64,000 nt of DNA from Yuukianura sp. NJ FZ-2021 (lineage: Eukaryota). The notes beneath the pieces are model-generated. The model was not told the DNA's origin, did no database searches, and was given only the letters and a program-made list of their open reading frames with translations. This document shows positions 29,904 through 39,209 of this stretch, in pieces (within the stretch, counting starts at the first letter, position 1; each line of letters starts with the position of its first letter). The translations under genes were made by a program, and so were the position numbers. Where the stretch lies: assembly GCA_046563655.1 (NCBI GenBank), contig CM102286.1, positions 4,774,001-4,838,000 on the forward strand, given 5' to 3'.

Positions 29904-31248
29904 CAAATTTAGCTGCTGTAGAATGTTGAAAACGGCGACACAAATTGTTGTAGAATTGACACTGTTGTAAATTCAGTTTTAACTCAAATTTTTAGCACTT
30001 TTACGAAGTTTACAGTGTTAAAGTCAGTTAACAGTGTCTTAACAACTTGCAGGGAAAGTTAGAAACTTAGTATACGACTTTCACACTAACAATTTTAGTT
30101 CAATGTTCAACTGCTCACAGTGTCTGCAACACAACTGGTTCAAGGAGAGCAGTAACTGGTAAAGTTCACTGTGTACACCAAACAAACGCTAAACTCTCTA
30201 GGTCAATAGGCCTGAAGGGGCTGGGGATATTGCCTTTTTGTGGCAAAGAAGTAGAAGTTTTCTGGGAACTGAAGATGCTGAGGTCACTTGTCCAGGTCGT
30301 TGAGGAACACAGTGCAGAATATTGGGAGTGTATTGACAAGTACTTGCAGAACTGGCATTGTGTTTGTAGTGATCTTGAGGACGCTACTGGGCCAAGATCT
30401 CCTGCCAACAAAAGCCCGAAACGGAAAGTGTGAGGGAAACGGATGGAGTTTACTTGAGTGAGCTTGAGAGGCTCTTCTGCCGAAATGAGTCTGGATTTCT
30501 ATTGGTTTCCAACTTTCAGGCACAGCTTCTCCTCCAGGTCATACGCTCAACAACAACTAGGTCAACAATTTTTCAAAAAACGAATTAACAAATTATAACA
30601 ATTATTACAACTTTTAGCACAGTTCTGGTAATTTACAAAGGATTAACAGCAGTAATAGCATTTAGAAAACCAATTCGTCAATTTCATTCGACGAACTTTC
30701 AAAAAAATTGCACAGTGATAGAAATACTACTTTTAAAATACAATAATCTGAAATTATAGTTGACTGGAAAAATCCAGGTAACGTACAGACAATTGCCTAT
30801 CTACGGATAGTTACAGATAATATTATAATTTAGAATCTATCTTATTTAACACAGCTAAATTTCTGTTAAAATCATAAGATGTTATGCCAGAAAATCTTTC
30901 AACTAGCGTCGGTCTATGGCGGTTAAGAAATTTTCTAGACAACTTATGACCACTTTTGAAATCATGTGGATCACAATAACTATTGAACATACGGATAACG
31001 TAAGACAGAGCTATTGCGGAATGCCCGTCAAGCGTCAACATTAATCACTGTAATTGTCTTTTAGCGTATGTCCACCTTAACCTTCTAAATGCCAAAATTA
31101 TTCCACGAACGCACAATTTGTGGAGCAAAAATCATCAATCACAAATCAGTTAATAACGTCAACGAACGCTACACAAAACTGCCCTAAATACGAATGAACG
31201 AGAGCAAGTTTCACATTAACATACGCTTTAAGGTATCACTTTCAACTG
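29904..31248 (-). other. Putative long non-coding first exon (5'UTR) of a minus-strand gene whose CDS lies left of the window
   Basis: Inr-like TTCAGTTGAA on - strand at ~31241-31250; strong donor TTG|GTAAGC at 29903; only short ORFs inside; no supportable coding exon in the ~30 kb to its left. Inference from signals only. Confidence 0.45.
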
Positions 31249-31255
31249 AAATATT

Positions 31256-31288
31256 GATAGTTGCAGTATCGAAAATACTGCAACTATC
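31256..31288. repeat. Perfect 14-bp inverted repeat (GATAGTTGCAGTAT-cgaaa-ATACTGCAACTATC)
   Basis: Read directly; arms 31256-31269 and 31275-31288. Confidence 0.9.
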
Positions 31289-31503
31289 TTTTAAAGCCCA
31301 TTCAAATTTATCTAATTTTGAAGAAAATGTTAAAAGATTAAAGACTTAAACATTTTTTAATACATAGACTAAAATTGGAAAACCTAAAATCATTTGCCCT
31401 GAATTGAATGTGTCCACATCTTACTCACTGGGGGGTTGGTGAGTTGTGGGTGTGCTTGTAATGAATTACTGTAATTTCGAGATTTTTTTAAATTGTTGTT
31501 GAT

Positions 31504-31570
31504 TAATTCATAAACCATAATTACTATTAGTACTAATTCTTAAACCATAATTACTATTACTAATTCATAA
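31504..31570. repeat. Short tandem duplication, ~29-nt unit (TAATTCwTAAACCATAATTACTATTA...), a little over 2 copies
   Basis: Read directly upstream of the C14orf119-like ATG. Confidence 0.8.
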
Positions 31571-31700
31571 CTTGCTGTTGCATTCCTATTTTTGTATGAT
31601 TTAATAGCACTCGGACCGTCAAAACCACACGAAATTGTATTCGAGATTGAGAATTGGTGGACAATTGGACCTGGACGTCATACAACTTTCTTCAATAACA

Positions 31701-32386
31701 ATGGCAAGGCATTTGACATCAGATCAGTTACGATTCATCAATGAATGGTTCCGTACCTGGAGCGATTATCAAAAAGATGAATTCATTCACGTTCTCGGAC
31801 CGAAATTGACCACATCTTCGTCTTCGACAAACGTCAACGGTATTACAGATGGAATGCAAGGAATCAGTATAAACACAAATGGAAGACCACCGACCATATT
31901 CGCGTGCCAAGTAAGTCAAATATTTGACAAGTGAGAATGAAGGGATAGATTTATGTTATTTTTTAGATGAAATTATTCAATGAATGGTGGGCAACCTGGA
32001 AGGAGGAAGACCGTGCGAAATTGACGGAAGAACTAAAAAAGACAGATGCCAAATTCTGGGAAGATCTGGAAGCTGAGATGAACGGGACTAGGAAACACGA
32101 AGAAGACGATTTCTTTACTGTTGATGACGTCGATGTTACTGAAGTTCCGCTTATTCCTGCCAGTTCTAAGGAAAACATGGCGACTGGAATAAGCATCACT
32201 GTGCCGGCAGTGGAGAAGCCGGAATCAGATCTGACAGTCGTACTGGAAGTCGGTACGGGTTCCAATGGCCATACCAACCCTACCGATACTGAATTCATAG
32301 AAGTGGACGATTCTGATGAAACCCAACGGTTCAAAACGACGATAGAAGTTATGGATAGCACGAACAGCGAAGAAAAGCAAGAATAG
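31701..32386 (+). CDS. C14orf119-like (DUF4508) protein with acidic C-terminal extension; 2 exons (31701-31910, 31967-32386), ~209 aa
   Basis: QLRFINEWFRTWSDYQKDEF...RPPTIFACQ|MKLFNEWWATWKEEDR matches the recalled C14orf119 pattern (WFxxWS...RPPSIFECQLxLWxxWFxxW); 56-nt GT-AG intron in phase 0. Confidence 0.85.
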
Positions 32387-32972
32387 CGACTGGAATAGCG
32401 TTAGCCTCGACTCACATCTTGCGCAGATCCTCAGCAACATAATCCATCAATTCGAATAGCAAGTTTATAATCTCCTATCCTACTACAGCGTCAAATCGAA
32501 CGGTTTTTAATTGTGCGTTCGATATTGATATACTATTAATAGTGCTGATAATGCCATACGTAAAATGTAAACATTCCTACCGAAATCCATTCCCTAAACT
32601 ACAAATAAGTAACTTTAGTCATCAGTGCCAACTTAAGATTCCCTAGGGACGTTCTTTTAAATCTCACTTAACAGGATCTTCAAGTTCATTCAATTTTAGC
32701 CTGATATCTGATATGTGACATTAGAATCTGAATAGCAATTCCACCAACTACCTCTAACCTGTTTAGGAGACACTTAGCGGAAAATATTTAACAAACAGTT
32801 TCTGAACTATGTTCCGTGGTACTACAGATACTAATAGAATAAACGTCAAATGTTATTAGATACCCCACTGTCAGCATTTAATTTCCGACATTATACGCTT
32901 GACAATTGACTTTTTGAAAATTTGAATTCGTAACTCCCGATTTTGTTCGACAAATTCCTTATACAAACCAAT

Positions 32973-34100
32973 TTAGATACGCCCTAGAGCTTTTAGTCTG
33001 CTAATTAGCTCATCTACGTCTGCCACCTTTGCACCGGCTTGACGCGTTGGTGGATCTTCAACTGACAACACCTAAGAAAACGGTCATTGAGACACGGAAT
33101 ACCAAGCGACAGGAAGAATATGCAAAAGATCAAGGTTCGAAAATGTGACTTACCTGAATTCGCGGAGATAGATCGACTCCTAAATCGGCTGCAGTTTTCT
33201 TCTCCAGAGGTTTCTTCTTTGCTTTCATAATATTCGGCAGTGTAGCATAACGTGGTTCGTTCAATCGAAGGTCTGCCGACAAGACTGCTGGCAGCTTCAA
33301 TTTGATCGTCTCAAGGCCACCATCAACTTCCCGGACAACACTTAAGCCATCTCCATCCTTGTCCACCTATAGGAGGGTTAAGATATACCAATTTACAGCT
33401 ACTGGTAAATTCAATGTTTCATATAGAAGCTATTCAGCGGTAAAAGAACGGAGACCTTCGAAGCATAAGCACCCTGCGGCCAATTGAGGAGCGCTGCTGT
33501 CATCTGTGCAGTTTGGTTACAATCGTCGTCAATGGCCTATTGAATGAGAAAAACAGAAATAGTAAAACAATAAACACATCTTTAAATAATCCAATTGCAA
33601 TTGTTTCTATACCTGTTTCCCCAAAATTAACAAGTCAATCTTATTGTCTGTAGCCAGTTTAGCTAAACACTTGGCGACTTGAAGAGGCTGCATGGTCTCG
33701 TACTGCGCTGCTGGTATTTCAACATGAATTGCCTTATCGACTCCCATCGCAAGCGCAGTCCGTAACGTCTCTTGAGAGGCTGTCGGGCCACAGGATACAG
33801 CAATGATTTCGTTTGCAACATTCTTCTCCTTCAATCGTACAGCCTCTTCCACGGCAATTTCATCAAATGGGTTCATAGAATGCTTGACACCATCGGTGAG
33901 GACCCCTGATTTGTCTGGTTTAACACGGATCTAATTCACAAGTAAAGAAATCAAACAACACAGTTAGTACTTGTAAATCTCACAACGTCCCACCTCATCC
34001 ATTAGGTTATTTCTTCGTTTCCTTCGTTATGTGATAAATGACTTACTTTGACAGCGTAGTCCACCACACGTTTTACGCCAACCATCACACGCAGTGCCAT
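32973..34100 (-). CDS. ETFB: Electron transfer flavoprotein subunit beta; 5 exons (34100-34047, 33930-33613, 33536-33456, 33366-33154, 33071-32973)
   Basis: [28 protein letters not shown]...[18 protein letters not shown]...GKQAIDDD...REVDGGLE...[26 protein letters not shown] introns, intact frame. Confidence 0.97.
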
Positions 34101-34371
34101 GTCGATATCGATAGACTTATGAAGTCACTGATGCGTTTGTTAAAGGTGTCGCCGGTCAGCCCGTCTCAACAGTTCAAACGAATACTATAATTAAATTGGC
34201 AAGAAAAAACTTCCGAGAATAACAAGCAAAAATACAGAAAAAAAATGATTCGGGTTTCTCTTTTTTTTTTACATTGACATTTGACTCTTGTCTTGAGATG
34301 AGAGGAACAGGTGACTCGAAAACTGAATTTTACCGCTATTTTGCGTGCGGCTCTTCTGGAAGTTGGCGTCC

Positions 34372-34570
34372 AAAGTCCATAGTGAATCCTTGAATGTGAA
34401 AAAACTGTGAGTGAATTCCATTCCAAGATAAATGTTAGTAATTCACATTGGCTTCCTGACACCTGAAATTAAATTCATAAACAGACAATTTAGGCAACCG
34501 TCATGCAATTGGGAACCGTTTAAAAAAGGGATTTGGTCATATAAACAAATTCGTAAAACTTTTCTTTTAA
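34372..34570. repeat. ~200-bp direct repeat, copy 1
   Basis: AAAGTCCAyAGTGAATCC...AATTCACATTGGCTTC...GACAATTTAGGCAACCGTCATGCAATTGGGAACCGTTTA...GATTTGGTCATATAAACAAATT...AAAACTTTTC recurs at 35035-35244 with few mismatches and an indel. Confidence 0.92.
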
Positions 34571-34624
34571 GGTGTGCGAACACCCTGGAAACGGGGGGTC
34601 AAAATGCGGCTGTAACTCATCAAA

Positions 34625-34904
34625 TGAAAAATGGTCTGGATCAGCGTAGGAAGGTAGTACAATGACCAACAATATATCAAACTTTAGGAAAAGACTTGAT
34701 CTAGTACCCTGTCGGAGAAAATTACAAAATTTTAGTTCTATCTATGTAAATATGGAGGTGGAATGTTTGAGTCAATTTTTTTCACAGTTAGAACTAAAAT
34801 TGTGTAATTTTCTCCGACAGGGTACTAGATCAAGTCTTTTCCTAAAGTTTGATATATTGTTGGTCATTGTACGACCTTCCTACGCTGAGCCACGCCATTT
34901 TTCA
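34625..34904. mobile_element. ~280-bp foldback / MITE-like element: ~116-bp near-perfect inverted arms (34625-34740, 34789-34904) around a ~48-nt spacer
   Basis: GTACAATGACCAACAATATATCAAACTTTAGGAAAAGACTTGATCTAGTACCCTGTCGGAGAAAATTACA is the exact reverse complement of TGTAATTTTCTCCGACAGGGTACTAGATCAAGTCTTTTCCTAAAGTTTGATATATTGTTGGTCATTGTAC. The inverted repeat is certain; the MITE identity is inferred and no clear TSD was seen. Confidence 0.7.
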
Positions 34905-35034
34905 ATTTCAATGTCACTGTCTCGGAAAAGTTGTTTACATAAACCAAAAGGCGGCAATTTTTTCCCACCCGAATTCAAATTTTCCCAGGTTTCTTGAGCG
35001 ACAGCGCTTTCTTTTGCCGATGTTTGCGACTTTT

Positions 35035-35244
35035 AAAGTCCACAGTGAATCCGTGAATGTGAAAGAATTGTGAGTGAATTCCACGATAAATGTAGTACCT
35101 CTACCTAGGTAGTTAATTCACATTGGCTTCGTGACACTTGAAATTAAATTCATAAACAGACAATTTAGGCAACCGTCATGCAATTGGGAACCGTTTACTA
35201 AAAGATTTGGTCATATAAACAAATTAGTAAAACTTTTCATTTAA
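35035..35244. repeat. ~200-bp direct repeat, copy 2
   Basis: Aligns by eye to 34372-34570; carries an extra ~14-nt segment near 35090-35110 (TACCTCTACCTAGG). Confidence 0.92.
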
Positions 35245-35858
35245 CCAAAAGATTTCACATTGCAGGTACGCTCTAACTTATTGTGAATTTTTGGAATCCC
35301 GTTAGCATTTTTTACTTTTATTTACACCTGTCATAATAATTTCCGGAGTTAATTTTTTATAATGAATGAGCAAGAGTGCTATCGTTTTACTAGATTCGAA
35401 AAGTTTGCTTACTGTATGCCCTGCTGAATGAATCGAAGCTTATTTTAATCATTGCAAACTATGACAAAAATGATAAAGCAAGTAGTCTAGTCACCCTCGC
35501 CTCATCTTCATCACTTGTTTGTACCAGGCTTAAAAACTGAATTTTGTATGTACTTGACAATCCCCTCCACATTACCAGTTATAAACAACATACAGTTAAT
35601 ACACAATTTGTGTAATAACACAACGGGACCCGCAGCCGGATCTCACAACCTTGCAATTTATAAAAGTTGTAACGGCAGACGAATTTTCAGTATTTGCAGA
35701 TCAAGGATTCAGTATTTAGTAGTGTTTGAGTGAATAGAACGGCGACATGCAGCGATTGTACTAGTGTGTTTTAGCATAAAATCCAATTAATAATAAGAAT
35801 TATCCGCCAGTTTCTTTGCGCCTGCGTTAACGAATAGGTTCTGTTTCTACGACTTACA

Positions 35859-37099
35859 ATGTCGCTAGGCATGGGGTATGATATGTCTAGATGGACGAAG
35901 CGCGTCGCTCTAGTGACAGGAGCCAGTTCTGGAATCGGGGCCACCGTGTGCAAAAATCTTGTAAAGCATGGACTAATCGTAATCGGTTGTGCAAGGCGCA
36001 AGGACCGTATAGATGTACGTAACATTCCATTTGATTACTTTTTAATGTAGTGGCGTTTCCGCGCGTACTACATTTTGAATGTGATATTTTCGATTAGCAT
36101 TGTGAACTGTGTATTGCAGCGGCTATCTGAGGAATGCCGGTTACTGGACTTCACAGGGCAATTGGTTCCGTACCACTGCGACCTAAGTAGAGAAGAAGAC
36201 ATTGAAGCCATGTTTACGTGGATTAAATTAAATTACAAAGGCGTTGATGTTTGTGTCAACAGCGCAGGCGTAGGAATTGAAACTCCACTTCTAGGTGAGG
36301 TCGATAAACTTTCAATTTAAAAGTTTACAATTGACACAATCTGATTCAATATGACTACCGTTGTTTTCATCAGAATGCACTGCTAGCGATATGAAGGAGA
36401 TGTTGGATGTTAACGTTGTCGCCTTGGTTCTCTGCTCAAAATTTGCCGTCAAGTCAATGATGGAACGCAAAGTCAACGACGGCCATGTTTTCAATATAAA
36501 CTGGTTTCAAAACATACAGTCATTTACAACAAATAATACCAAAATGAGATGTTCGTAATAACTAATGGAGCTCAATTGTTTTTGAATTTTTTTTAGTATG
36601 AGTGGACACCGACTTACTGGCAAGTTCAACTTCAATTCCAGCACCAAATTCGCTGTTACTGCCATTACAGAAGGATTACGGCGAGAACTCGTAGAGAAAT
36701 CTAGGATTAAGATAACCGTAAGCTTTCGAAAGCTTTATGAAAATATTAAATTGCAATTACAATTTAGAAATTACTTTAACCTCAATGTACTTTAAAATGC
36801 TGTGCTGTCTAACAGGCGATTAGCCCTGGTGTCGTTCGAAGCGAATTTTTGCTACGTAGCTACGAACCTAACGCAGCGAAAGAGATGATTTCAAGAATGC
36901 AGTATCTAGAACCACAAGACATTGCTGATGCTCTCTTATTTTGCCTTGCTACTCCGGAGACAGTTCAAGTAAATACCGACGGAATACTGCTACTCAATAC
37001 CTTTCAGATTTCAGTACAACTGAACAGTATTACATTTTCACGCACTTCTTTTTTCAGGTACACGATATTCAAATCCGCCCTACCGGAACAAAAGTTTAG
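35859..37099 (+). CDS. Short-chain dehydrogenase/reductase, DHRS11/farnesol-dehydrogenase-like; 6 exons (35859-36014, 36120-36294, 36374-36503, 36597-36717, 36816-36968, 37058-37099); catalytic Tyr absent
   Basis: RWTKRVALVTGASSGIG (TGxxxGxG), GCARR, CDLS, VDVCVNSAG, MSGHR, TKFAVTAITEGLRREL, ISPGVVRSEF, C-terminal QVHDIQIRPT. Confidence 0.92.
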
Positions 37100-37382
37100 C
37101 AAGACATATCGAAATACTCGTAAATTACATAACAACTCTTCGATTCTCTAATAACCGAAGAAATCCCAACATCTTACTAACTCTTCATGAAGGTTGCAGT
37201 GCAATATGTCGAAATCGTGGATTCTTATCATATCAGTGTTTACTTAGTTGTACTTCCCACGTATTAAAGAACCCACAGTTTATTAAAGAAATAAACGTCC
37301 TACACAAACTATAACAAGGCTTACGAGAAAATCAGAGTTATAAAATTGTCAAATAAGTTTTTCCTTACCTAGCATGTCAATG

Positions 37383-38368
37383 TCAACCGTCATTGTCATT
37401 CCCAGAGCCGTCTTCCTCGTGACTGTCACTGTCTGTGTCTTCCCTTTTGCGTTTAGAACTATCACCCATTCTGCCTTCCTCCGCTAACTTTGCTTTTGCA
37501 TCCGTCTCCATTGCATCTTCGTCCCAATTTTCAGAGCTGTCATCAACTGGTGGAATACTTGTAGCTGAAGCAGCACGTCCCTGTTTATGAGGACCCCCTT
37601 TGTATCCGGGATTCGACAGCCCATGCCTGCAATATATTTTTTTTTGTAACATCAGTAACAATTTGACTTTAGTAAGTACAGTAAGTGCTGGGTACTAAAT
37701 GAAATATATTTCAAGGATGTTAGGAAATTACTTCATCTTTAACAGATTTCAACATTTGTTTACCTTATAAAACGATTGGCAGCATCCTTGTCAATCCTGG
37801 GCATTTTAGGTTTGTTTGCAATTTGTGACAGGCGTAGCATTTGCTTCTTTACGCGATCCAATTCTTCCTTTATTGACGAGTTTTTAGGGTCTTCACCAAA
37901 ACTTCTCAGATACACTGCAAACAATATTAAAAACTCTCATGACAAGAGAACGCTTACTGCAAAATTAATCAAAAGTCGAGACTGCAAAAAATTTGATTAC
38001 GAGGGCGTGTTAACCACTCCTTCGGATAATTAAGCCGATGTCACCACTTTCCCAGTGGTAGGTTACTTACTCCAGAATAGGGAGTTGATCGCGTACATAT
38101 TGGTGAGATCGTACTTTGCTTTATCCAATGACGACATCTGCAAACAAAAAATGGTTCAACAAAATAATATTAAGTAAGGACTTCCATCTTTTCAAATTCA
38201 AGCAACAAAGTTCGGTTCCAAAAGAAAACGTTTTACGTTTTTAGTGACATCAATGTAGTCAACCGCGTTGAGATTTCCAAAAATTTCGTCGACGCGAACC
38301 AGAGCGTGGTCTAATTCTGCAATTTGTTCCGCAATGTGTTCATCTAACCCTCCTGCGCTTGTCGCCAT
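37383..38368 (-). CDS. C1D: Nuclear nucleic acid-binding protein C1D (Rrp47/Sas10 family exosome cofactor); 4 exons
   Basis: MSSLDKAKYDLTNMYAINSLFW-MYLRSFGEDPKNSSIKEELDRVKKQMLRL...PRIDKDAANRFIRHGL matches the C1D consensus; acidic tail with KRKR. Confidence 0.92.
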
Positions 38369-39209
38369 TCCGAAATCTGATTGACCCTATTAGTCAACGC
38401 TTCAGTTCGCTTACTTCACAGGACGACAACGCAAATTGCAAGGAACCTTTAGAAAGAAACAATCAAAAAGAAAAATTCCCTTTTCCGTCAACTTCATACA
38501 TGGTATTCACGTATTATACATGTAAATAAAACAAAATGATCAAACCTAAGTAGCACCAGCACCTTGGTTTTGTAGTCAACTTCACGGAGTACGTCAATAC
38601 TGGAACTTGTTAGATTTGTTAAAAACTTCTTTGTTCTTCCACGAAATTAATTAAATCGTATAAGGTAGGTAACTTACTATTAACTTGGCTTGGATAAAAC
38701 AGCTGATGGACACAATGCCGCGATGAGAGAAGGTAACTCTTTCGCCCCATTCACTGGTGGGCAAAAATTCAATAGTAAAGGATGTTGTTCCCTTTCGAAG
38801 CTTAATTTAGTTTTATTTATAAAAAATAGTTTTAAGCGAACAACTAACCGGTAAAAGTTGTAAATAAATTATTGCTTAAGATTGCGCAAGCTTTTTCTGG
38901 AAATTATGAGCTTCCTTTCGATATTTCGACAAAGGCACAAGGGCAGCAACGGGGGGCTTATGATACGTACAATAATAGTGTAAACTAACACAAACGCCCA
39001 CTATCTACCTTGACCTGAACTCGCAGCTTCTTCTGAAGTTCCGAAGCTTTGATAAAGTACTGTTAGATAAAGTGGAAACCGGACATTCTTACCTGGTAAC
39101 CGTATTACTCACCCATGTTCAACGCGTTGTTTGAATTTCCCACTGTGCGATGGTACTGGAGATAGATGTGGTGAGTTATCGGCGGAATATTAGGATTGGA
39201 TTTCGCGAA

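Noticed and set aside
31963..32361. Antisense shadow ORFs over real exons (also 39362-39721, 52892-53302, 54274-54486, 62024-62245)
   Set aside because: Explained by codon structure on the opposite coding strand.
34106..34113. Perfect DRE (TATCGATA) near the ETFB start
   Set aside because: It lies 6 nt from the ATG, probably inside the 5'UTR rather than upstream of the TSS; function is unsupported.
34372..35244. CRISPR-like array or autonomous LTR retrotransposon interpretation of the repeats
   Set aside because: Only two long repeats, eukaryotic context, and no coding capacity, PBS/PPT or TG...CA ends seen.
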